A stretch of 64,000 bases of DNA from Octopus sinensis (Eukaryota), in contig NC_043012.1 of NCBI RefSeq assembly GCF_006345805.1, positions 19,158,001-19,222,000 on the forward strand, in the 5' to 3' direction. A model generated the notes under the pieces. It worked only from the letters and a program-made list of their open reading frames with translations, did no database searches and was not told the origin of the DNA. The translations under genes and the position numbers were made by a program. This document shows positions 12,701-23,724 of this stretch, in pieces; position 1 is the stretch's first letter, and every line of letters begins with the position of its first letter.

Positions 12701-13244
12701 TAAAACATCTTTCCCATCAACTTAAAGACAAATGCGTACTTCAGAATCATTTTCGAATGAAATGTTAAAAGGAGGCAACCGACCGAACCATAAGAGAGAC
12801 AGAAACAAAAATAAATGTTAAACGTTAAAAACATTAATGAAAATAAATAATAAAACATCACAAACTTTTCAAAAATAGAAAAATTTCATATCAACACTCT
12901 CCGATGTAATACAAATTTTAAAGAGATTTGTGAGGTGTATGAACTGTTGTAATATGTAAAGGTGAACAGTACTTTCAACACTATATCAATGAGATTTTAA
13001 TAAAACAGAGTGTTATTACTTCTGTTATATATACCGATATAATTTTTTTTTGTCAGACAAAGCAGAAAAACAAAAGGAAACAAAAGCAAAAAACTAAAGA
13101 TAGACGTACATAAATAACCGCTGGCTGTCGGACACAAACGAAAGGATATAACTACGATTTATTAAACCCACATTCTTACCACGTTCAAAGTCTGGTTACC
13201 TATACATGCATACATACACACAAACATATATTTTTATATATATA

Positions 13245-13283
<39 letters not shown>

Positions 13284-13286
<3 letters not shown>

Positions 13287-13441
13287 AGTGGGTGTGCGAT
13301 AAGTAGCTTGCTTACCAACCACATGGTTCCGGGTTCAGCTCCACTGTGGGGCACCTTGTGCAAGTGTCTTTAACTATAGCTTCGGGCCGACCAAAGCCTT
13401 GTGAGTGGATTTGGTAGACGGAAACTGAAAGCAGCCCGTCG
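13284..13441 (+). mobile_element. SINE family A, 5' half
   Basis: ggagtgggtgtgcgataagtagcttgcttaccaaccacatggttccgggttcagctcc...gacggaaactgaaagcagcccgtcg. Confidence 0.85.
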
Positions 13442-14459
13442 TATATATGTATATATATGTGTGTGTGTGTGTGCATGTATGTGTGTGTGTGTATGTGTGT
13501 CTGTGTGGGTGTATACGCGCGTTTGCGCTGGTGTGTCTGTAGATATATGTGTAGTCACGCTAAGAGACAAAATCTATCCGTATTGAGTAACTATATGCAC
13601 AATCTAGTTTTGAAAATTTCACTTTATGATGAGCCTTGATGCTTTCTATTTTCTTTCGATTTTTATTTATATGACACTTTAGCTCAAGGCCCTACGGGAG
13701 TAGGTAGTGACCCTATTTTATTCTATAAGTTTAAATTCATTCTGAATATATAAATAGTCTGTCAAATATCAAATATTGTCGTTCTATGTATTGATTCAAT
13801 ATGTGTTTTAAAAGATAAAATTTCACCAGATCCACAAACATCTTTTGTTCCAACAAATTTGGTGAGAAATAAGCTGGCCATTTTTCTTCCTACTGTATTT
13901 GTTATTAGGTGTGATGACCCCAGTTTAGTTATTTTTCATTTGACGCCATTCCTTTGATGCCATTGCTACCATTTTCGTTTCTCGTGCACATTCAGCGCCG
14001 AATGTTATACCTCAAATGCACTGGGCTGTGATATTGGAAACATTTAAGGAACAATGAAGCAGCAATTGTAACTTAGAAGTTTAAAACTGTGGAAGGCCGC
14101 GTTTGCGAATTATTTCTATATGTTGCACACTTACGCACAGGCACACACACATATGATCGCACGTATATACTTACTTACAAACACATACGTATGTATATAA
14201 AATTCAAATGTTCCATCGGAAGCTATGACAGTTTATCAAACTTTCTACATTCAAGATTTACACAGAAATTGTTTTGATAACAAATACCTAACTGCATGTT
14301 GGTTAATGTGAGTGAATCACGAACCCCGAAAAGGAAAGAAAAAAATGGAACATAGTACAACATGATGCGCATTTGTGCTTTGTATGTTTTAGACGTCTTT
14401 CTGGAAGCCGGTCATTTTTAAATACTTGAATGTAAATGACCCGTTACGCGGGTATAAGA

Positions 14460-14576
14460 TTTTATGTATAAGATTTGCCAAGAACACTGCGGCATTAAAG
14501 ACAAAGCACCGAAGCCACCAGCAAAAGAGAATAGGCGCTACAGAAATATGGATATCTTACGGAACAAGCAAAAAAT
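14460..14576 (+). repeat. ~115-bp inverted copy of 12503-12620
   Basis: gatttgccaagaacactgcggcattaaagacaaagcaccgaagccaccagcaaaagagaataggcgcta is the exact reverse complement of ~12538-12606. Confidence 0.9.
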
Positions 14577-15272
14577 ATAACACAAAGAAAAATGCAGGTT
14601 CATATATATACTCTAATATGCAAACATTACAGCTAGCATGTCATAAGAGAATAGAGTAAGGAAGTAAGAAGTGAGAGGATAAGAGAACGTGGGAGAAGTG
14701 TGTGATGGAGTGATGAACGGCAGACCATATAAATTAAAACTCACCCTATAATAATCCTTTCTACTATAGACACAAAGCCTGAAAATTTGAATGAGAGATC
14801 TGGTGTTCAACTGGTATTTGATTGATAGAATCCGAAAGGAAGAGAGACAATATCGACCTCGCTGGAACGTGAAATCACATATTAAAGACAGAAGAAATAG
14901 CTTGAAGCAATTTCTCCGGTATGCTAATGGTTCTGGTAGACTGCAACTTTAATAATAATTCGGACGACGCATTTTCTTATATGAACCGTGCTAACTAATA
15001 ATCCACATCGACCTAACAACCTTTGTTCGTCAACATTTGCACATTTAATTTGAATAGGAAACTTGGGATATATAAATACGTACGCCAGTCCATGCTCTGC
15101 GATCGCTTAGATATTTCATACGTGGCGCGCTGTGCACCTGTTCAAACAACGTCGATTTGATGGAGCGAGTGAGATAATGTGCGTCACAAATAATTGATCA
15201 CTATAAACAAATTATTTGTCGTTCGGCAAAAGCTGAACGCTCATACGTCATCTTCGACGGGAGAGTCCATCA

Positions 15273-15360
<88 letters not shown>

Positions 15361-16299
15361 TTATATTAATTGTTAAGTGGAGTGCATTTGTGCATATTGA
15401 TTTTCTCCTTCCTTACAGTGAATATTTTCTTCAGGAATTGTATAAGATGTATCATTTTTCTATATTCTTATTCTATGTTAGCTGATTGAGTTGCAGCTTT
15501 CATAGCTTTGTCCATATTTGCTTTTCATCCTTTCAGTGTCTACAAGTTTAAGTAACATTCAAGTGTAGGGATTGATTTCATTGAACTCTCTCCAATCTCC
15601 AATATAGTAAGTCTTTTGTAGCATTCAGAAATTAAGGGCAATGATATGACGATCATTTGATCTTTAGAGTAAAAGCATTACACCATATCTTGTATGTTAT
15701 TTTGACCTAACATCTAACAGCATTGAGGTCATTTTTCTTTCTTTTCATAATTTATAGTCAACATAAGGAAGGTATAGTCAAGTACATCAATGCTTGAGTC
15801 GATGTAATTGACTAACACATCCACCGAAATGTTCCTCGCCTTTCGCCTCATTCACAAATGATTTTTAACGCGGTGGTATGGTAGAAAATTTTGACCATCG
15901 GCAAATTTGTTTTCCGAATTTATTCCGTATTTTTCATGTTCTAAATTAAATCTTGTCGGTGGCCATGAAATAAGGCATCAGTTAAATGTAAGTATTGATA
16001 GTAATGGCGAACACCCGTCACCCGAAAAATGATGGTCATGTGAAGAAACAGAACACTATATTTTTAGAAGTAGTAGTAATGATGTACTGGTCGCGTATTT
16101 TAAATTAAGAACTACTTATGATACTTTAGATAGAAAACCCCACGTTATTTCAATATTCATGTATAATTTGTTATTTTATATCATCTGTGGCATTAAAAAA
16201 ATTTCGTTTCTAGGAAATATGCCTTGCGACAGAACTAATCCCACATGGAGAAAAGTGAAAACTCAGTTTCACTTGTAATAAAGCCAATATATGTTAGCT

Positions 16300-16620
16300 G
16301 TGGAGGCGCAATGGCCCAGACCGGGCGTTGTGAATGTTTATTGAGCGAAAACACCTAAAAGCAGGGGATGGTGGTGATCCCTGCTGTACTCTTTCACCAC
16401 AATTTTCTCTCACTCTTACTTCCTGTTTCTGTTGTACCTGTATTTCAAGGGGCCGGCCTTGTCACTCTCTGTGTCACGCTGAATATCCCCGAGAACTACG
16501 TTAAGGGTGCACGTGTCTGTGGAGTGCTCAGCCACTTACACCTTAATTTCACGAGCAGGCTGTTCCGTTGATTCGGATCAACCGGAACCCTCATCGTCGT
16601 AACCGACGGAGTGCTTCCAC
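16300..16620 (+). mobile_element. tRNA-derived SINE family B with 11-bp TSD; B-box region deleted
   Basis: TSD atatgttagct (16289-16299, 16621-16631); near-identical to the copies at 23338 and 28550. Confidence 0.9.
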
Positions 16621-16657
16621 ATATGTTAGCTATAATAAATCAAACACGTTATCACAT

Positions 16658-17797
16658 TATTTACATTTGTCGGATATTTGTCCTCTTCTTCTTTGTTGTT
16701 AACACAACGTTTCGGCTGATATACCCTCCAGCTTTCATCAGTTATCTTGGGGAATTTTCGAACCTGCGTTCTCATTCCTAAGGTATTTTTTAATGTCATT
16801 GTTATTATTATTCAGGTCACTGCCAGGAATCGAACGCTTTTAAGCACTACATCAAATGCCCGTGGGCAATTGTGGAGTGAATATTAGTGCTTATATTATG
16901 TAATATTTTACTATCCTTCCTTAATACCGGTTCCCATATGCTACTCATATCTGCACTCGTATTTTCCAGTGGTGTTCTCCGTCTATTATTTTAACTTCAT
17001 CCTACAGGGGGAGGTGGACTCCATTTTTCCATACACGAGAAGCTCGTATTACAGCTTTGCAATGTTCCTCTACCTTTATTTTGAGGGGTCGTCATGTTTC
17101 GCCTTTGTATAACCTACCACAGCTGCACAGGATTGGGTACACGCAGTTTTTGGTCAAATATCTCTTCTTGTGGTGGTTTTACTCGATGGAGATATATACG
17201 ACGTGTTGTATTCCACTTGGATACAGGCCCGATGTCATATGGGCTGCATATCTTTTGTAGCTTTTTGGAGAGGCCTTTTGACATAGAGTAGACATAGTGT
17301 GGACAGTTTATTGGTTTTAACCTTTCTCTTCTTCATAATTGGAGTGGATAGTATGTTTTTGGAGTAGTTATTGCTTAATAGATTGTCACTAAGTTTGATC
17401 ATTTCGTCCTGGTAGGTATCACGATCGCTACCTATATTCTTTGCTCGATGTTTTAGGCACTGAGCAGTCCCTTTCTTTACGTTGTATGGATTTGGGAAAT
17501 TGAAATTGGGGTATCGTCCAGTGAAGGTCGGCTTGTGGTATATGGATTTCCTGAATTCATACTTGGTGCACGTTATTAATACGTCCGGGAATGCTAACTG
17601 ATTGTCGTTTTATTATTCCATTGTAAACTGTACCTTAGGAATGAGAATCCGGTTCGAAATTTCCCCCAAGACACCCGATGAAGGTTAGAGAGTTTATCAG
17701 CCGAATAACAACAAACAAGATGAGGACAAATATCCGTCAAATGTAAATAATGTAAATAATGTACATAATTCCTTATCTCTTAAATACAGAACTGTAT
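16658..17797 (-). mobile_element. PLE family 2: 5'-truncated RT C-terminus plus GIY-YIG, with an inverted terminal repeat at the truncated 5' end
   Basis: Minus strand VQFTME*NDNQLAFPDVLIT...SIYHKPTFTGRY.NFN and NCVYPILCSCGRLYKGET*RPLKIKVEEH. Inverted repeats at 16658-16785 and 17632-17765. Candidate TSD gttatcacat (16648-16657, 17798-17807). Confidence 0.85.
16701..16746 (-). ncRNA. Minimal type I hammerhead ribozyme-like motif (stem I weakened)
   Basis: CUGAUGA-A-aGCUG(gaggguauau)CAGCc-GAAA-CG-UU-GUGUU. Sister copies supply GACAC as the stem I partner. Confidence 0.6.
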
Positions 17798-18703
17798 GTT
17801 ATCACATATATCCCCATGGTCACCATGATTTTTTGCTTTCTTGATACATTGTAATTAACACTTCAGTAATCTATGCATGCTTCTGTATTAATTGTCAACA
17901 ATTAATTTAAGGGAGATAAGGCAGCAATCTCTGGAAGGTCTGGAACCGATGTTAACTGTCTTCCTTTGACAAGAACAATATTATTTATCGACTAATAGTA
18001 TTTTTCCCCAGTTTCCGTACATAGATATGTGAACCATTTTCAAGCAGCATGGTGTCTAATAATTACTGAAATTTCCTACAGCTCTTCTCTCATTAGCTAC
18101 AAACATCTTATTTAGCAACACGTACAGTTCAACATCATACATGTACGACGTACTTATATGTTTACTAATATATATATATATATCATACATATATATAATA
18201 TATAATATATATATATATTATAATATATTATATAATATATATATGTATGTATAAAACCACATATATACAAACACACAAACGCATAATCAGTACTAACATG
18301 CACGGAACGTACACGCACACACATACTTATGCCCTTCACGCATATAAAGTTGCTCACACACACATATACAAACGTGCACACAAATACACACACAATCCTA
18401 CCAAATATAAAACACAAGCACATGTATATATACACACACTTAGAGACATGCAGAGAGAGATACATACACTCACACCATTCTGACCTCTAAGACCAGGTCC
18501 CTAAAACCACTGAACCATGACAGACTAGCCCAGAAACCAAAAAAATCGTCTAGATTCCACATTGAACTTCCTTGCCCACAAGCAACCTCCCACAATGTCC
18601 CTTAAAATAGCTAAAACTCCTTAGCTACACACAAATCGAAATGCCAGAAAGACATCAATTATTCCTCTACAATTTTTTGTAATTCTTAATATATCTCTTT
18701 CTG

Positions 18704-18752
<49 letters not shown>

Positions 18753-18813
18753 AAAAACATTATGGTGAATTGAAGAAATGGAGCTGAACGCAGATTGAAC
18801 AGAAATCGTTTTA

Positions 18814-18901
18814 TTTCATTCTACACGTATTTCGAAAGGCACAATTACCAAAATCCGATTGAATAATGGGACCATATTGTGTCTTTCTCTTCAGGAAGAA
18901 A
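18814..18901 (-). ncRNA. Type I hammerhead ribozyme (inverted-arm copy)
   Basis: Reverse complement reads uuucuuc-CUGAAGA-gaaag...cuuuc-GAAA-uacgug-UA-gaaugaaa; one C-to-U change in stem III relative to the other copy. Confidence 0.75.
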
Positions 18902-19671
18902 AAAGGAAATCCGTTGGAAAAACAAAAACAGAACAGAGGCAGAGCAAAAACAATCGAACTGTGCTCCTAAGAGCCCATGGCGAAACTGTTTATCAGTGTA
19001 TGTTGAGAACCGGTGGCTGAAGAATTCAACAGGTCAGGCATCGGTCAAACATGTGGGTGAGGGTGTATAGATTTCTTTGTGACCGAGAATAAGTTCTGAC
19101 TATTTAAAGAATATTGTGTTTTATAAGGGGCGAGAAAAAATCTACTTAGAGACGTGTGTGTGTGTATACTGTTTCTATTATTTGTGTGTTGGCGTAGGGG
19201 TAGAAAACATTTTTTGTGTACGTGTGTGCGTTTGATCGTTCGGCTGTCAGTGGCTACTGCCGTGATAACCGTTGGGTGGCAGAAAGAAAAAAAATAAAGA
19301 AATTATATATATATATTTTATGTTTTATGTGTGTGTGTGTGTGTTCATCTAAGCCTACCTTGACAAGGAAACCCCCCGCTGTGAAAAAACAAGCCCCGTT
19401 TGTCTTACAGGAGTAATTTCCCTTGCAGTGTTAATTGTAGATATCTTAAAATCTATTTCAGAATTTGTTACCAAGGGCTATGGGTGCCGGTCTTATATAA
19501 ACGCTATTTAAAGCCAGATAAGTGTAACGCCGCCAATGGGGGCATCGAAAAGCCGACTGTAAGAGCCCGTTTACCATCCGGCCTCTGGCAAACAAAATAT
19601 GGAAGAGTTCGGAGACACAAAGGTTGCACTGTCTTCTGCCCCTATCAAATGGGAGGGCCACCGACAAAATT

Positions 19672-21330
19672 TTACCTGCAAAACACCACGAACAGAATAG
19701 TGCAGAAAACTAAGAGCAGGTTAGCTAGGTTTTTTAATAGAATGGGCATGAGTATAGTTTTTGATAACGAACTCACCAAGGCTAATTTCCTAGACGTTAC
19801 ACTTAACCTTAATAGCGACTCATACTGCCCTTACCATAAGCCTTCCACTAATTTGAAGTATGTCAGTGTCTTCTCAAATCATGCCAAAACCGTAACAGAC
19901 AATTTGGTTAAAAACATCTCTCTAAGATTGTCTGGCCTGTCCGCCAGTGCCGATATTTTTATGCAGAAAGCGGATTTTTATAACGCCGCACTATCCAAGG
20001 CCGGTTATAGGCAGAAGGTAATTTATATTGATCCGGCCCTTCCGATGCCATCATTCGGTCATCAGGATAGGGCCGTATATAATAACATTAACATTTTAAG
20101 TAAGGACGGGAGCGCGGTGGATACCGGGGTAGTCGCTCCCGCATTTAATTTAGCGAACAAGGATAATTATCGGTCCGGGAGGTCTTACACTAACCCAAGA
20201 CCCGTTATTCATCCGAGATCACCCACCCACCCAAATGCGAGAGCTGGCGTCCGACCCATCACACTGATAGGAATAAGCATATATGGTTTGTAATCCCCTT
20301 TGGTAAGCAGATTAGAACTAACCTCCCCCTCATGTTTAGACAAGCCATCGCCAATAACTTCCCCAGAAATTCCAAATATTACTCCACGGTTAACTCACAT
20401 AAAGTTAGGATAGCTTTCTCCAACACTAAAAACCTCGCCCAGATAATCGCCTCCCATAATAATAGGCTACTTACTAAGACCCTATCACCTTTTTCCGGAG
20501 GCACAGCCTCTTCTTCCGCTCCCGGTTTAATGCTCAGTAGGAATAATTATAGTAGTAATAATGATATGAGAGCCAGTACAGTGACACATAATCTCAGCTC
20601 CAGCCAGGGAGTACCCACTAGGGGTATAGTTATAAATAGGGGTGTTGTGGTTGATGGTAACAATGGGAGTAGGGTAGAGAGCCCCTTAGCATCCCCAGCA
20701 TCATTTCCCGCAATAGCATACCACGGGCAGTAGCAATGACAGCACTCTGATAGATAGTGGAGAATCAGGGGTTATTCCTATAGTTAATAGTGACGTAGTG
20801 GAAAATAGAGTAGTAAGCGGCTGCAGGTCTCGGAACGAATATAGTGACAGGAACGCAGTTCTAATTTCAGAAACCAATCCTAGCAGAGTAAGATTTACGT
20901 CGGCGAACTCCAAGATCAAAAACGCCGTCTACCAATGCAAGGTTTACACGGACTCAGATGCCTTCACTTATATAGGGGCATCATCCTCAAGATTGTCTTT
21001 GCGTGTCTCCAACCATTACGCACTTTTCGGGACGTGAACAAGCGCCAGACCACGGGACTCAGTAAGCTAATATGGCGACTGAAGGATGCGAACTTAAGCT
21101 ATAGGCTGGAATGGTCAATTTTGTCGGTGGCCCTCCCATTTGATAGGGGCAGAAGACAGTGCAACCTTTGTGTCTCCGAACTCTTCCATATTTTGTTTGC
21201 CAGAGGCCGGATGGTAAACGGGCTCTTACAGTCGGCTTTTCGATGCCCCATTGGCGCGTTACACTTATCTGGCCTTTAAATAGCGTTTATAAATAAGACC
21301 GGCACCCATAGCCCTTGGTAACAAATTCTG
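19672..21330 (+). pseudogene. PLE ORF fragment: RT C-terminus/thumb, linker and GIY-YIG endonuclease, broken by several 1-bp frameshifts
   Basis: ANFLDVTLNLNSDSYCPYHKP...YVSVFSNH; HIWFVIPFGKQIRTN; KVRIAFSNTKNLAQIIASHN; NAVYQCKV...TYIGASS...RVSNH; TGLSKLIWRLK...EWSIL...CNLCVSE...RCPH. Confidence 0.9.
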
Positions 21331-21861
21331 AAATAGATTTTAAGATATCTACAATTAACCACTGCAAGGGAAATTACTCCTGTAAGACAAACGGGGCTTG
21401 TTTTTTCACAGCGGGGGGTTTCCTTGTCAAGGTAGGCTTAGATGAACACACACACACACATAAAACATAAAATATATATATATATTTCTTTATTTTTTTT
21501 CTTTCTGCCACCCAACGGTTATCACGGCAGTAGCCACTGACAGCCGAACGATCAAACGCACACACGTACACAAAAAATGTTTTCTACCCCTACGCCAACA
21601 ACACACATATATAGAACAGTATACACACACACGTCTCTAAGTAGATTTTTTCTCGCCCTTATAAAACATCCAATATTCTTTAAATAGTCAGAACTTTATT
21701 CTCGGTCACACAAGAACATCTATACACCCTCACCCACATTTGACCGATGCCTGACCTGTTGAATTCTTCAGCCACCGGTTCTCAACATACACTGATAAAC
21801 AGTTCGATTTGTTTTTTGCTCTGCCTCTGTTCTGTTTTTGTTTTTCCAACGGATTTCCTTT

Positions 21862-21950
21862 TTTCTTCCTGAAGAGAAAGACACAATATGGTCCCATTAT
21901 TCAATCGGATTTTGGTAATTTGTGCCTTTCGAAACACGTGTAGAATGAAA
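21862..21950 (+). ncRNA. Type I hammerhead ribozyme in the PLE 3' terminal repeat
   Basis: Stem I uuuc-uuc / gaa-u-gaaa; core CUGAAGA (21869-21875); stem II GAAAG.CACAA / UUGUG.CUUUC; GAAA (21931-21934); palindromic stem III ACACGUGU; cleavage triplet GUA ending at 21942. Confidence 0.8.
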
Positions 21951-22158
21951 TAAAACGATTTCTGTTCAATCTGCGTTCAGCTCCATTTCTTCAATTCACC
22001 AATAATGTTTTAATTTCAATTATCCGCACCAACGCACGGTTGCAACGCCAGATGGTTGTACCTCCAACCGTGCTGTTCACTGCTGTGATTTTTGCTACTA
22101 AGGTATCGGTTAAACTTTTGATTAATCTACTACAAGATTATTCATCTTTCTATTTCAC

Positions 22159-22198
<40 letters not shown>

Positions 22199-22547
22199 CA
22201 CAACCAAACATGATTATTTTTAACACAAAATGTTTTTGTAGTCACGTTCTGATTACTTTCTTAAATACTTTCTTGTAAAGTGTTTTTATTTTTTTTAAAT
22301 ATTATCAAAGAATGTATTTCTGTTTTTTAATACTTTTGTGATAACCAGTACTTAACACAACAAAGCGCATACAAAGCTTTACGTTTTACATTTGACAATC
22401 ATTTTACTAATAAAATTGAAAGTAATGAGTAAATATCTTTCAAATTGCATTTTCAATCCTTTCACATATATTTCCACTCGTGCGGTATCTTACAACTTTA
22501 CTTTGTTTTATATATACATATATATATACATATATATATATATATAA

Positions 22548-22591
<44 letters not shown>

Positions 22592-23056
22592 ATATATATA
22601 TTATATATATATATACAAGTCCAGGATGTAACACGAAAACCGATTGCAGATATAAGCTGATATTTAATGTCTTTCTAGATAGCAATTTCAACTATAATTA
22701 CTTCAGTGTGTTGGATATAATGAGAATTTAGACAGAGATCAAATTAATTACAATATCAAGTAATCTTTTTCTATTTAAGAATCGCATATTTTGTCTCATA
22801 CATATTGTACGTAATCCTTGCCTCTTGACATAAACCTTCTCATATCTTCATTTCTGGAACAATTAAGGTAATGAGAAGGACATTAAAGTAGATTTCAATC
22901 GAATTATTGTTCAAATAAACCATTCAGTACTTCCATCAGCATGTTTACTGTTACTCTCTATGGTGAAGATTATGTTGAATACGTATTTTCCTCCAAATTA
23001 TTATGCTGTGAGGAAAATAGAGTACAACGTATTGAATAATATTATTTTAATTATTA

Positions 23057-23268
23057 AGGTGGTGACTTAGCAGATTCAGCGGCGTAACAGGTAAGATGTA
23101 TTAGTAGCATTTCGTCAGTTTTTACGTTCTGAGTTCAAAGGCCGACAGTTTCGATTATGCATTTCATCAATTCGTGGCATACAAAATAGTCACTAATTGA
23201 GCACTGCGGTCGATATAATCGACTTACACCCACATTGAAGTTGCAGGCCTTGTGCCAAAATTTGAAAT
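23057..23268 (+). mobile_element. SINE family C, diverged
   Basis: tacgttctgagttcaaa...tttcatc...gtcgatataatcgact, homologous to 32089-32314. Confidence 0.65.
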
Positions 23269-23337
23269 ATATATTCTTGTCATTACTTTTGGAATTCCAA
23301 GTGACAAACCCAACTATGCAGTAATTCTATAATATTA

Positions 23338-23724
23338 GCGGAAGCACTCCGTCGGTTACGACGATGAGGGTTCCGGTTGATCCGAATCAACGGAACAGCC
23401 TGCTCGTGAAATTAACGTGTAAGTGGCTGGGCACTCCACAGACACGTGTACCCTTAACGTAGTTCTCGGGGATATTCAGCGTGACACAGAGAGTGACAAG
23501 GCCGGCCCCTTGAAATACAGGTACAACAGAAACAGGAAGTAAGAGTGAGAGAAAGTTGTGGTGAAAGAGTACAGCAGGGGTCACCACCATCCCCTGCTGG
23601 AGCCTCGTGGAACTTTTAGATGTTTTCGCTCAATAAACACTCACAACGCCCGGTCTGGGAATCGAAACCGCGATCCTATGACCGCGAGTCCGCTGCCCTA
23701 ATCACTGGGCTATTGCGCCTCCAC
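23338..23724 (-). mobile_element. Full-length tRNA-derived SINE family B with 13-bp TSD
   Basis: Head gtggaggcgcaatagcccagtgattagggcagcggactcgcggtcataggatcgcggtttcgattccc (A and B boxes); TSD ttctataatatta (23325-23337, 23725-23737). Confidence 0.9.

Larger units (their letters stand above)
18754..22160 (+). mobile_element. Young 5'-truncated Penelope-like retroelement with ~900-bp inverted duplication of its 3' end, inserted in (TA)n
   Basis: 18754-19671 is the reverse complement of 21117-22011. RT and GIY-YIG lie between and overlap the right arm. (TA)n flanks both sides. Confidence 0.9.

Noticed and set aside
16368-16571. Recurrent 67-aa ORF (MVVIPAVLFHH...) found three times
   Set aside because: It lies inside SINE family B, so recurrence reflects SINE copy identity rather than coding conservation.
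19400-20293. 297-aa ORF as a genuine gene
   Set aside because: Its first ~90 codons are antisense read-through of the inverted arm fused to the truncated PLE RT at 19672, and its start is not an ATG.
20290-21330. Selenocysteine recoding, as reported for some Naiad PLEs
   Set aside because: The ORF breaks are frameshifts, not in-frame TGA at Cys positions, and I could not identify a SECIS.
23640-23724. Functional tRNA gene
   Set aside because: The A/B boxes belong to a SINE head that continues into a SINE body bounded by TSDs, and no complete cloverleaf is evident.
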